Under the pieces are notes generated by a model that worked only from the letters and a program-made list of their open reading frames with translations, was not told the DNA's origin and did not search any database. Below, in pieces: positions 18,773-28,063 of a stretch of DNA of 58,830 bases (within the stretch, counting starts at the first letter, position 1; each line of letters starts with the position of its first letter). The translations under genes were made by a program, and so were the position numbers. This DNA is from Patescibacteria group bacterium (GTDB lineage: Bacteria; Patescibacteriota; Patescibacteriia; UBA2591; JABMQE01), in contig JAHIMF010000062.1 in assembly GCA_018896645.1 (NCBI GenBank), positions 1-58,830 on the forward strand. The letters run 5' to 3'.

Positions 18773-18865
18773 AAACAACACATCTCTTTTCTGCCAATGT
18801 CATTGCGAAAACCAAAATCTATTGTCAAAATCTTTACTTAATTACTTTATTACCTAATTACTCGT

Positions 18866-19264
18866 TCACTTTTTTATCTCCACCTGTATCTTTTTTGGCT
18901 TAGCCCGTTCTGCCTTAGGAATAATCACTTTCAAAACTCCATTTTCATATTCTGCTTTTGCTTTAAGCCCATCAACACTAGCCGGCAAAGCCACGCTTCT
19001 ATGGAAAGAACCATAGCGGACTTCCTTGCGATAATAATTCTTTTCATCAACCTCGCTTTTGTGTTCGCTTTCGCCAGTAACAGACAAGACGTCATTTTCC
19101 ACGGAAATATCTAGTTTTTCCGGGTCAACGCCAGTGATCGGAGTTTCCACAACTACATTGTCTTTATCCTGATAAACATCCATGGCCGGGACAAATGACC
19201 TTGGCGCGAGGTCAAAATCATCCATAAATGGCTCCAAAAATGGAGACCAGTGGGTTAGGTGCAT
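18866..19264 (-). CDS. Hsp20/alpha-crystallin small heat-shock protein
   Basis: PAMDVYQ, YGSFHRSVALP, AEYENGVLKV.IPK. Confidence 0.95.
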   Translation of the reverse strand: MHLTHWSPFLEPFMDDFDLAPRSFVPAMDVYQDKDNVVVETPITGVDPEKLDISVENDVLSVTGESEHKSEVDEKNYYRKEVRYGSFHRSVALPASVDGLKAKAEYENGVLKVIIPKAERAKPKKIQVEIKK

Positions 19265-19299
19265 AATATATTTCTCCTTTTGGGGAAAATGATTCACTT

Positions 19300-19570
19300 T
19301 TTTTGTTGAGTCATTCCCCTTAAATTTCTAATTCACCTAATTTCTAATTTCTAATAAAATTTCTAAGATCAAAAACTAAAAGTTTTTTAACATTTGACAT
19401 TTTGCCCTCGGCCTTACCCTCAAGCTCCGAGGCTCTCTTCGAGAGCCTGAGGGCTCCTCAGAGCCTCGAACGGCGGGGCCGAAAGGGAATTTGGCATTTA
19501 TTAAAAATTTAGTATTAGAAATTAAGCATTTTATTAGGAATTAGGTGAATTTTAAAATGGTGAATTAAAA
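19300..19570. repeat. Inverted heptamer-arm element (AATTTCT/AGAAATT) with nested GC-rich palindromes at 19404-19488
   Basis: ATTCACCTAATT / AATTAGGTGAAT arms. Confidence 0.7.
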
Positions 19571-19571
19571 A

Positions 19572-20096
19572 TTACTCCGCGACTATCACCTTCGCCGGCA
19601 CAATCACTCTCCCGTTCATTGTGTAACCAGCACTGCACTCTTTTAAAATCGTGTCTGATTCTTTCCCTTTTTCTTGATGTTTGCTTACTGCCTCATGAAA
19701 CTCGGGACTAAACTTCTCGCCTACAGTTTTAATCTCTTCCACTCCCCTGTCTTTTAAAAATTTATCTAATTGGGATTTGATATGACGAATACCTTCAAGC
19801 CATGTATTTTGTTCATTGACTGGCTTACCGTTTTCTTTGTCTTTATTGTTTAATTGTTCAATTGTTACATTGCTGACATCTGATGCGTGTGCCAATGCTT
19901 TTTTGAAGTGGTCATGGATTGGGAGAATATCCAAAATTAAATCAGCGGCCATAAATTCCCGCAATTCTTGAGAGCGTTTTTCAATATCTTTTTTATAATT
20001 AGCCAAATCTGCTTTAGCCCGCTTCCAGCCGTTTAAGTACTCATCACATTGTTTTTTGAGTTTTTTAAGTTCATCTAGTTTTTTTGAGTCTTTCAT
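19572..20096 (-). CDS. grpE: Nucleotide exchange factor GrpE
   Basis: WKRAKADLANYKK, FSPEFHEAV, GYTMNGRVIVPAKVIV. Confidence 0.95.
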   Translation of the reverse strand: MKDSKKLDELKKLKKQCDEYLNGWKRAKADLANYKKDIEKRSQELREFMAADLILDILPIHDHFKKALAHASDVSNVTIEQLNNKDKENGKPVNEQNTWLEGIRHIKSQLDKFLKDRGVEEIKTVGEKFSPEFHEAVSKHQEKGKESDTILKECSAGYTMNGRVIVPAKVIVAE

Positions 20097-20236
20097 ATTT
20101 TGAATTTATTAATTTATTTGTTTATTAATTTATTGAACAGCCGCAAAAATTATCAATTATCAATTATTAATTATTTTATTAACTTTGCCAACTCTTAATT
20201 TTCTGTTACTTACTAATTACTTAATTACTCAGTTAC

Positions 20237-20815
20237 TTAACCACGTTTAATCTTTATATCATACAGCATCTCCTCAAGCCTTCGTAAATTTCGCTTCGCG
20301 TCGTCAAACTTAGAACGCAAATGCCCGTTATTCAGATTTAATTTAATCAGTTCGCCGATAATCTCTTCTACTGTATCCCGATATTTTTCAACTTCCCTAA
20401 ACTTTCGTTTTGTCGCTTGATTAACGGCCTTACGGACAAGCTCGCCGGTAAGATCGCAAATTGCGCATAAATAACTCTCGTAGTTTAATTCCTCTTCTTC
20501 CAAAAAATCAATTTTTTTGCCGGCAAGAACATTATAAAAAAACTTGGCCTCCGCGTATTCTTCAAGCGCGGCCCGAAAAGCCCCTTCGCGGCGAAGCGAG
20601 GCATCGCGTTTAAAATAGGTCTGGAAATTCGCAAAAATATTTTCAACATCCTTAATCAATTTCCCGGCAATTTTCATGTCATCGCGATGCATTGAAAAAA
20701 TCGCCTGCTTGCTTAGACGCAAAGCATCGCTGGAATCCTTAATAATTTGATGCCGCTTTGAGCTGTAGTTGATGTAATCGGCTAAAAGTTGTTGGAAAAG
20801 TTTTTTATTGATCAT
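20237..20815 (-). CDS. Translin/TRAX (C3PO)-family protein
   Basis: R..IIK.S....R.SKQAIF.MHR, EEYAEA, YL..ICDLTGELVR.AVN, LRSKFD..K..L..LEE.LYD. Confidence 0.85.
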   Translation of the reverse strand: MINKKLFQQLLADYINYSSKRHQIIKDSSDALRLSKQAIFSMHRDDMKIAGKLIKDVENIFANFQTYFKRDASLRREGAFRAALEEYAEAKFFYNVLAGKKIDFLEEEELNYESYLCAICDLTGELVRKAVNQATKRKFREVEKYRDTVEEIIGELIKLNLNNGHLRSKFDDAKRNLRRLEEMLYDIKIKRG

Positions 20816-20857
20816 AGGTTTTTATTTTAACTTATTAAATGGATTAAACGAAATCCG

Positions 20858-21502
20858 TTAAATTAACGTCTTAGCATATTTAAGTAAATTGATATTGCTG
20901 CGATAATCCATGCGCATGGGGCCAATAATCCCAATCATTTTGTTTTTGCTTTTAGTAATCACTAAACCACAATCAGCGCCAAAAGGATTGTCGGACCCGA
21001 TCCTCACTTCCACGTCATTCCCCACTTCGTTGTAGATTTGGGAAACAACCTCATCAAGATGGTCAATGACCGAACTAAAATTATAAACCAAATCATACTT
21101 ATGAAACTCTGGCTGGGAAAAAACATTGGAAATGCCAGTGTAGTAAACATCGTCTTTGCTAAAACCAACCACTACCGCTTCTTTGGAAATTTCTGCAATT
21201 CTTTTGGCGATGTCTTTCAGATTGCTCATATTCTTAAATCCTGGGACTTCTGTTATTTTACCACTTTTAATAAGATTTTCTAAGTAAAATTTATAGCCAG
21301 CTTCAGTGGGCACCCGGCCGGCAGAAATGTGAGGCTGAACAATTAAACCCTGCTTTTCCATCTCTGCCATTTCGTTACGAATAGTAGCAGATGAAATGTC
21401 ATTAAAATGCTTGTCAACCAATAAACTCGACCCCACTGGCCCAGCGGTCCTGATATGCTCTTCTATGATGTATTTTAATAGCTTATTTTGTCTGTTCTGC
21501 AT
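20858..21502 (-). CDS. hrcA: Heat-inducible repressor HrcA (compact form)
   Basis: PVGS, SSATIRNEMAEME, PHISAGRVPT..GY, GIIGPMRMDY. Confidence 0.95.
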   Translation of the reverse strand: MQNRQNKLLKYIIEEHIRTAGPVGSSLLVDKHFNDISSATIRNEMAEMEKQGLIVQPHISAGRVPTEAGYKFYLENLIKSGKITEVPGFKNMSNLKDIAKRIAEISKEAVVVGFSKDDVYYTGISNVFSQPEFHKYDLVYNFSSVIDHLDEVVSQIYNEVGNDVEVRIGSDNPFGADCGLVITKSKNKMIGIIGPMRMDYRSNINLLKYAKTLI

Positions 21503-21523
21503 GTTCTTAGTATAAACCATACT

Positions 21524-21550
21524 TTAGCACTCGTCAAGCGAGAGTGCTAA
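21524..21550. promoter_or_regulatory. CIRCE operator overlapping the -35 of the leaderless hrcA promoter
   Basis: Perfect TTAGCACTC-N9-GAGTGCTAA; TTGACG (21532-21537)-17-TATACT (21509-21514) on the minus strand. Confidence 0.97.
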
Positions 21551-21715
21551 TTTTATATTAACATAGGTAAAAATTTTGTCAAGCCCAAAATAAAAAAGCC
21601 TCCCAGTAAAAACCGAAAGGCTCAATAATTTCCATCCCTCCTAAGCAGTGGCTACGGTTGCCGCTGTTGCCACTAATAGCCCGGGTAAAATTCGAATGTT
21701 CATAGCACCCGCCTC

Positions 21716-21919
21716 CTAATGAGCCCTGGATAAGGAAAACCAGCTCACTGCCAAGGGAACAGATAAAAGTAGCATAATGCCAGCGAGAATCCGGTTAATT
21801 AACGTGGGTCCCACCACAACAATAAAAAACCAAATTGGGCATAATCTAAAATTCATCCACAAGGCATCAGAATACCGCCAATACAAAGATACCGGTTTCT
21901 TCCTTAGTATCATTTCCAC
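21716..21919 (-). CDS. Small membrane protein
   Basis: AAGGAGGT SD, hydrophobic. Confidence 0.45.
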   Translation of the reverse strand: MEMILRKKPVSLYWRYSDALWMNFRLCPIWFFIVVVGPTLINRILAGIMLLLSVPLAVSWFSLSRAH

Positions 21920-22112
21920 CTCCTTGGTGAACTGTCAACTGGTACCACTTCATCACCAGTGGCAGAGAGAAAACCAAAAAAATACCGAAGACAAAACCTT
22001 TCATTATTGTAGAGGCTATCACAACCATAGACAGTGGGACAACATAGAAACGGGGGTCTCTCCACATTTTCTTAAAATACAACCAATACAAAGATGATAA
22101 TTTCTTCATCAT
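21867..22112 (-). CDS. Small membrane protein
   Basis: Purine-rich SD, two hydrophobic segments; resembles its neighbour (SLYWLY/SLYWRY). Confidence 0.45.
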   Translation of the reverse strand: MMKKLSSLYWLYFKKMWRDPRFYVVPLSMVVIASTIMKGFVFGIFLVFSLPLVMKWYQLTVHQGGGNDTKEETGIFVLAVF

Positions 22113-22198
22113 ATCATCCCCCCTTCCGCTTCAGTTATGAATACCAAAAAGAGCAAAAAACGCTTTGTTTATATATTTTTATAAATCGCGTTAATAGA

Positions 22199-22651
22199 TT
22201 AACTACCGGCAATTGCAATACCTGTTTTTATTTCAACTCTAACAACTCGTTCATCTAACTCCTCAAGTTTGTCATCCTGTCGTTTATCACACGCATATTG
22301 CGACTTCTGTTCGGTTCGCACGGTGTCTAATTTTTTAGCAACTTCATCATTAGAGGATAAAACCTCATTTCTCTGTATGCTTGTTTTTTCTATTATTCTT
22401 TCTTCTGTTTCCCTAAGATCCTGCTTGGTCGCAAAAATTTTGAAAGCTTTGTCAGTGAATTCTTTAAATCTTTTTTCGTTAACTTCCGTGAATTCTTTGA
22501 AGTTCTTTTGGGTGAGTCCTGTGAATTCTTTGAAGTTCTTTTGGGTGAGTCCTGTGAATTCTTTGAAGTTCTTTTGGGTGAGTCCTGTGAATTCTTGAAA
22601 ATGCCTCAAGGTTACCGGCTGATCTAAATTTTCTTGGTTTTTATTTTCCAT
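22199..22651 (-). CDS. Coiled-coil protein with 11-aa tandem repeats
   Basis: (EFTGLTQKNFK)x3 and ATKQDL. Confidence 0.65.
   Translation of the reverse strand: MENKNQENLDQPVTLRHFQEFTGLTQKNFKEFTGLTQKNFKEFTGLTQKNFKEFTEVNEKRFKEFTDKAFKIFATKQDLRETEERIIEKTSIQRNEVLSSNDEVAKKLDTVRTEQKSQYACDKRQDDKLEELDERVVRVEIKTGIAIAGS
22491..22595. repeat. 33-bp coding tandem repeat, three copies
   Basis: AATTCTTTGAAGTTCTTTTGGGTGAGTCCTGTG x3. Confidence 0.9.
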
Positions 22652-22737
22652 GGTAAGTAATAAAAATTAATGTATCTTTATGCTAATATATCATTAAAAC
22701 AAATCAAAGTTCAATCTGTTGATAGGTTCATAATAAG

Positions 22738-23313
22738 CTATTCAAACTTCACTGGGATCACCACTATGTTTTCTTCGCTACCGTCTTTAGCTGACTGGTT
22801 AAAGACTTCTATTACTCCTTCTTTAGTGGCGTGGAATTGATAAGAGAGCGTAATTTTAAAAGGCCCAAACTCGCCCGCTTCAGTGGCGTGAGCCGTTGCA
22901 ACCTGTTCGGGAATAACCACACCGCCATACTGATTTTTTACTCGAATCAAAACCGTGCCCTCAAAAACCCGGGCTTGGCCCCGGACTTCAAAAGGGCTAG
23001 TAAGCGTGGCGTGGGGCAAGGGCGCTTCTACGACTATATTTTCACTTGCTACCGGTTCTGGAGACTCTTCCTGGTCTACTGACTCATCAGGTTCACTTAG
23101 TTGTTCAGACGCCTCATCAGCCTCTCCAATAGTTGAATCTTCAGGTCCTTGCCCGACTTCCTCATCATCAGCTGTCTCTTCTGGGGTTTCTTCACTAGTC
23201 TTTTGTGATTTCTCAACACCATCGCTAGTATATACCTTACTTTCCTGATTCAAACAACCGCTAACCGCAACGGTCAGCATCAACAATATTAAAATGATGG
23301 AAAAATTTTTCAT
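22738..23313 (-). CDS. Lipoprotein with Gmad2 Ig-like domain
   Basis: Lipobox VSGC, acidic linker, GQARVFEG, SAKDGS. Confidence 0.8.
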   Translation of the reverse strand: MKNFSIILILLMLTVAVSGCLNQESKVYTSDGVEKSQKTSEETPEETADDEEVGQGPEDSTIGEADEASEQLSEPDESVDQEESPEPVASENIVVEAPLPHATLTSPFEVRGQARVFEGTVLIRVKNQYGGVVIPEQVATAHATEAGEFGPFKITLSYQFHATKEGVIEVFNQSAKDGSEENIVVIPVKFE

Positions 23314-23403
23314 AGTTTTAGAACAGATATTGGTTCATCTTTATTATAGCACTTTTATTACAGAAAGAAAAGAAACAATAAGGCAAATGATTATTTTCAC
23401 TAA

Positions 23404-23547
23404 TTACCCCAAGGTAGTCACTAGTCACTCGTCATTAGCAATTAGGGGTTAATTTCCCATCGTTATTGCAAATAAACGTGTGTTTATAACAAAATATAAT
23501 TTAAAGCTTCCTTAGTGGGATAGCGACGAGTGGTCAGTGACTGGTGA
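23404..23547. repeat. Inverted heptamer-arm element (AGTCACT/AGTGACT), empty version
   Basis: TAGTCACTAGTCACTCGTCA ... GACGAGTGGTCAGTGACTGGTGA; same unit as the arms around the four-helix-bundle gene. Confidence 0.75.
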
Positions 23548-23618
23548 AATAAATAAAAAGAGGCGCTAATCTCTCGATTAAACGCCCCTGTTGAAACTTT
23601 GAATTCAACATCAACCAC

Positions 23619-23918
23619 TTATGCTTCTCTACTACCCCCCACGCGCCTGGTTAAGATACTAAAAGCCCAATCCCAATCAATCATATTTTTCCACTTGTAT
23701 TCTATTGGTGTAGGTCTAGCAGAAACACAGACAATCTGACATTGTTCGTTTTTTGCCAGCCAATTACAGGCTTCTGCTATACAACATTCCGGTATAGTCT
23801 CTTTCCGAGTACTGGTTAATTCTTCAAAACTCGCCAACTGGAGTCCCCCATCATCATACAACATCACAATCCCTGTCTTTCCATCAAGGTCTGTGATTAA
23901 CAGATAAGCCTTGTACAT
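23619..23918 (-). CDS. Hypothetical protein
   Basis: AGGAGG SD; terminator-like hairpin at 23558-23590. Confidence 0.5.
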   Translation of the reverse strand: MYKAYLLITDLDGKTGIVMLYDDGGLQLASFEELTSTRKETIPECCIAEACNWLAKNEQCQIVCVSARPTPIEYKWKNMIDWDWAFSILTRRVGGSREA

Positions 23919-24010
23919 TGTCTCGCCCTCCTTTCAGTTTCTCTAATTTCATTAATGTCATTAATACCTCGGTCAAACAAATATTGCTCTAAGCCAGCAA
24001 TCACTTCATT

Positions 24011-24259
24011 CTACCCACCAATTCGCACTTCTGGCTCGGCGCTGTATTCAAGGGGAATCCGTTTAGCTTCTACTGCAAAAAGCCTCATAAACACTTTGGT
24101 GTGACTTTCCCGAACCATATCCCCACCCAACAATCTCTTAACAGTTGCTTTAATCCTGGGGTCATCAACACTTTCAAAGGAAAACTCGTACTGCTTGTGC
24201 TCATCGCCTGCAAACTCATCAACCTGCAAAACCACATACTTGCCTTCATAAAGTTCCAC
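24011..24259 (-). CDS. Hypothetical protein
   Basis: AGGAGGT SD, GTG start. Confidence 0.5.
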   Translation of the reverse strand: MELYEGKYVVLQVDEFAGDEHKQYEFSFESVDDPRIKATVKRLLGGDMVRESHTKVFMRLFAVEAKRIPLEYSAEPEVRIGG

Positions 24260-24536
24260 TTTGACCTCCTTGTTGGTTTTGTTTGAAAAGAGCGATTATT
24301 TTTATTAATTTAAGGCAGTTTCTATCATACCAAAAATCTAAAAAATGTCAAACCCGTGTATAACTTTAGTTAACATTCGCCCTGGGTTTATTAACCCCAT
24401 TTATGGGATTTTGGACCCCAGCCCTAGAATTCCAACCAAACGTTGGTCAACCTCTGGTTGATATTCCCGGGCACAAAAACGCGGGCAACCAGCCAATTTT
24501 ATATAATTTTTTGGATGTATTAAATAGGTATTTTTA

Positions 24537-25238
24537 TTATTTCCCCATATAAAACTTCCTCTTTTCTTCTGAAAACTTCTCAATCGCATATCGCAACATA
24601 GTGCGCGGCATTTTGTGATAATATTTTTTCAAAAATTTTTCTTCAATGCCCTGATTTCTTTTGCCGAGCTCTCGTAACATCCAGCCCACCGCTTTATGGA
24701 TTAAATCATGCTCATCTTTAAGCAATATTTGGGATATTTTTAAAGCGTCAGTGAAATCATTATTTCTAATGAAAGCAAAGGTTGCAAGGACTGTAATTCG
24801 CCTTTCCCAGAGGTTTTTTGATTTGGCGAGTTTATATAAAATATCCCTGGGTCTCTTTTGGAGATAATCACCCACAATATTGGGCGCAGAAAGGTCAACC
24901 AAATCCCAATTGTTTATATTTTTCGCGTTTTTCAGATAAATTTTATAAATCTCTTGTCTGCCTTTTTCATTAGCTTTTTTGTACTTGGCAATAAGAATAA
25001 ACAAAGAAATTAAACGATGTTCGTGAATTTTGCCGGAAAGCAGTTTTTCTGCGTCTTGTAAAGCGAGGTCCGTGTATTTTTTCGCCACTATCCGCTGGAC
25101 CGGAACTTTAATGCCTAAAAAAACATCACCCTCGCCATACTCGCCTTTCTTAGTTTTAAAAAAACGAGCTAAAATTTTAGCCTGCTTTGGGTTGGCAAGT
25201 TTTTTTAGTTCTTGTTTTAGATGCTTGATGTTTAACAC
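24537..25238 (-). CDS. DNA alkylation repair enzyme (AlkD-like HEAT-repeat family)
   Basis: FFKT..GEYGEGDVFLGI, NNWDLVD, LIHKAVGWMLRE, MPRTMLRYAIE. Confidence 0.92.
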   Translation of the reverse strand: MLNIKHLKQELKKLANPKQAKILARFFKTKKGEYGEGDVFLGIKVPVQRIVAKKYTDLALQDAEKLLSGKIHEHRLISLFILIAKYKKANEKGRQEIYKIYLKNAKNINNWDLVDLSAPNIVGDYLQKRPRDILYKLAKSKNLWERRITVLATFAFIRNNDFTDALKISQILLKDEHDLIHKAVGWMLRELGKRNQGIEEKFLKKYYHKMPRTMLRYAIEKFSEEKRKFYMGK

Positions 25239-25254
25239 TTTCTGATATGTTTAT

Positions 25255-25329
25255 TGGTACCGCCTAGGGGAATCGAACCCCTGTTACCAGGATGAGAACC
25301 TGACGTCCTAACCACTAGACGAAGGCGGC
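25255..25329 (-). tRNA. tRNA-Glu (CTC)
   Basis: GCCGCCTTCGTCTAGTGGTTAGGACG..TT-CTC-AT..GGTTCGATTCC..GGCGGTACCA. Confidence 0.97.
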
Positions 25330-25337
25330 ATGGTATC

Positions 25338-25495
25338 CCAAGATGCAAGATGCAAGGGCACAAACAAATTTCAAATTTCAAAATATCAACGACTCGGAGT
25401 TTGAAATTTGTATCTTGTATCTTATTTGTAATTTGTTTCTTGTGTCTTGCCGGCCAAAGGCTGGTCGGCCTCTGGCCGATATCTTGTATCTTGTC
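25338..25495. repeat. Inverted heptamer-arm element (CAAGATG/TATCTTG) with nested GC palindrome at 25449-25479
   Basis: CAAGATGCAAGATGCAAG..CAAATTTCAAA / TTTGAAATTTG..TATCTTGTATCTTG. Confidence 0.75.
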
Positions 25496-25584
25496 CCAAG
25501 CTTACCACAAAATCCGTTTTTTTTCAACCTTTTTGTGCGGGGATAAAAAAACTGCTTACCTGCCATCATTGGCAACTAAGCAGT

Positions 25585-26238
25585 TTAGAAACCATTTAAG
25601 GTTTCATTAATAACCTGCTCTAATAGAATAACTTCTTTTGCAATGATCTCTAGGAATTCTTGGTGGGGATCGCCAGGACCAATATTACTAAGCATCAACT
25701 TAGCAAATCCTCCGATGATCGCCAAAGGAGTCCTTAATTTATGCCTAAGTTCTTCGGCAGCTGTATGAATAATGGCTAAATCATGCACGCCCGCTGCTTC
25801 TATCTCCTCAATAACAACCTGGATAAGCCAGGTGAATCTCCTTAAATCATTCTGCTCCTTTCTAGAAAAAGAATCAGGGCCTTGCCCATTGAAAGCTAAA
25901 ATAAAGAAATGACCATTAACCATTACCGGTACAGGAACATAATACACCTTAAAGACACCCTTGGCTTCCAACCATCCTCTTTCTTCCTCACTTAAAAGAG
26001 GGCTGTCATGAACCCCAACAAGAAGCGGGATTTTTGTCTCGACCACGGTTTTCAGCTGAAGCCGTTTCGTAACATCAAAAGTATCTTCTACTCCAATCAA
26101 TTCATTAGGGCAGCCGCCGATAAGACGGAATCCTTCATTCTCTTGGCACCAAATAAAGAACCCGAACGGATCTACAATCCGATAACAGCTATCGCAAACT
26201 CTTTTCAAATTTGCTTCAACGCTCCCTGAAAGCGGCAT
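25585..26238 (-). CDS. GAF-like plus HisKA dimerisation domain protein lacking HATPase
   Basis: ELRHKLRTPLAIIGGFA H-box; ORF ends about 35 aa later. Confidence 0.7.
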   Translation of the reverse strand: MPLSGSVEANLKRVCDSCYRIVDPFGFFIWCQENEGFRLIGGCPNELIGVEDTFDVTKRLQLKTVVETKIPLLVGVHDSPLLSEEERGWLEAKGVFKVYYVPVPVMVNGHFFILAFNGQGPDSFSRKEQNDLRRFTWLIQVVIEEIEAAGVHDLAIIHTAAEELRHKLRTPLAIIGGFAKLMLSNIGPGDPHQEFLEIIAKEVILLEQVINETLNGF

Positions 26239-26610
26239 TTTTCGTCTGTCATGACGTATTCCCCCTATTTGTATAGTTAATGTACAAAACTCAAAATACT
26301 TTTGGAAAAAGTGAGATAAGTTGTGTCGGGGCTTTCTCGGCTCTATGTCCGACCTCGGCTCATGTCCCCATTAGAGGAGCGACTTTTTGACACTTCATGT
26401 CCTAAGACATGTCTTTGACTTATCTCACCATAAATGAAAAAATAATTTCCCCAAAAGTATTGCGCTTCAATTATACTCTACCAATTTTATAAAATTATAC
26501 AAGTTTTTTAGTTAATTTAATCAAACTACAAAATCTCATACTTGAGCCAATAAGAATTTTTTTACTTATTTAATTTCAAATTATTTTTATCTTCTTGTAT
26601 TCTTGCATCT

Positions 26611-27894
26611 TTATCTCTTTAACCACTGCTCGCTCTGCCGCACTAAAAGTTTTTTCGCTTTTAAGGGCTCGGCCATGATTTCTTTAGTAATTTTTTCCAG
26701 ACGCATGCCTTGAGACCCTTTGATTAGAATAAGGTCCCCATGTTCTAATCTCTCCTGAATAAACTTCCCGGCTTCTTCACTGGCGGAAAATTTAAAAATA
26801 TCTTGCTTATCCATACCCGCTCGCAGGGCCGAAGTAGCAATGTCTTTAGCTGCCTCGCCAATTGTAATCAATTGATCAATGCCTAATTTGGCCACCAGTC
26901 TGCCGATTTCCCGATGCGCTTCTTCAGTATAACCGCCAAGTTCTAGCATATCTCCCAGAACAGCAAACTTCCGGCCCCTTGACGCAAGCCGCGCTAAAGT
27001 TTCCAAAGCTCGTTTACAGGCCGAGGGCGAAGAATTATAAGAATCATCAATGATTGTAGTTTGCTTAATACCTGGAATTCGCTTCATCCTACCTGGCAAT
27101 GACTTGTAGTTTTTCAAACTTTCAGAGATAGCTACCAGATTCAGGTGATAAGAAATGCCCACCGCCGCTCCGGCTAACGCCGCATAAATTTGGTGCTCGC
27201 CCAAAGCATCGGATAAGTGAATCGGGACAAAACTGCCCTTGTACATCAATTTGAAATTTATGCCCTTATCTTCGCTAAATCTTTTCTCGATTGCCCGAGC
27301 ATCAGCTTTTTCGTCCAGGCCATAGGTTAAAATCTTGGAGTTGATTCTTTCTTTAAGTTGACCGCTTCTTTCGTCATCTTGATTAATGATAGCCCAACCA
27401 TCATCGCGAACACCGGAAAGTAACTGCTTTTTTTCTTTTAAAACATTATCAATACTTTTAAAAAATTCTAAATGACTGGCGCCAATCGCGGTTACTATGC
27501 CAATTCTTAATAATTTTTTGGGAATAATTTTCAGAAGATAACCAATGTCACCCGGCTTATCCGCTCCCATCTCTAAAACTAAAATTTTTGGGTATTTCCT
27601 GCTCCCAATCAGAATTAGACTCAACGCCTTTAGGAAGACTCCCAACCAACCAAAAACTGATTTATTTGGCGACTCTTTGCCAATAATAGCTAAAGGCAAG
27701 CCAAGCTCATTATTATAATTCTTCTCGTTGCGCCTGACATTAAATTGATGCTTAAGCACTACAAAAACCGCTTCTTTTGTAGAAGATTTACCAACACTGC
27801 CAGTAATGCCGATAATATCTGGTCTATAACGTAGCAATACAAGCCGTGCAAGTATTTTTAAAATTGTTTGGATAATATTTTTCATAGAAACCAC
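26611..27894 (-). CDS. murF: UDP-MurNAc-tripeptide D-Ala-D-Ala ligase
   Basis: GITGSVGKSSTKE, NYNNELGLP, LEMGAD, DDSYNSSP, LGDMLELG, KGSQ. Confidence 0.95.
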   Translation of the reverse strand: MVSMKNIIQTILKILARLVLLRYRPDIIGITGSVGKSSTKEAVFVVLKHQFNVRRNEKNYNNELGLPLAIIGKESPNKSVFGWLGVFLKALSLILIGSRKYPKILVLEMGADKPGDIGYLLKIIPKKLLRIGIVTAIGASHLEFFKSIDNVLKEKKQLLSGVRDDGWAIINQDDERSGQLKERINSKILTYGLDEKADARAIEKRFSEDKGINFKLMYKGSFVPIHLSDALGEHQIYAALAGAAVGISYHLNLVAISESLKNYKSLPGRMKRIPGIKQTTIIDDSYNSSPSACKRALETLARLASRGRKFAVLGDMLELGGYTEEAHREIGRLVAKLGIDQLITIGEAAKDIATSALRAGMDKQDIFKFSASEEAGKFIQERLEHGDLILIKGSQGMRLEKITKEIMAEPLKAKKLLVRQSEQWLKR

Positions 27895-27896
27895 AT

Positions 27897-28056
27897 GTCA
27901 TCACGGGCCCGCCATTTTTTCATTCCGAACGGAGCCGCAGCGCAGTGAGGAATCCCTTAAACGTGGATAATGGAAAGGCGGGTGGTAACCCCCCGTTTAA
28001 GGGATTCCTCGCTTTGCTCGGAATGAAAAAAGGGCGGCGACTCCGTTCGGAATGAC
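27897..28056. repeat. Nested palindromic element (TCATTCCGA...TCGGAATGA type)
   Basis: GAGGAATCCCTTAAACG/CGTTTAAGGGATTCCTC; TCATTCCGAACGGAG/CTCCGTTCGGAATGA. Confidence 0.8.
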
Positions 28057-28063
28057 GTTCGTT

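Noticed and set aside
21641..21703. 20-aa SD-led ORF MNIRILPGLLVATAATVATA
   Set aside because: Too short to support without homologues; may be a remnant
22491..22595. 33-bp repeats as a CRISPR array
   Set aside because: Head-to-tail with no spacers, in frame within a CDS, and no cas genes
25343..25610. ORFs 25343-25546, 25350-25610 and 25378-25575
   Set aside because: Translations of the heptamer-repeat and palindrome element
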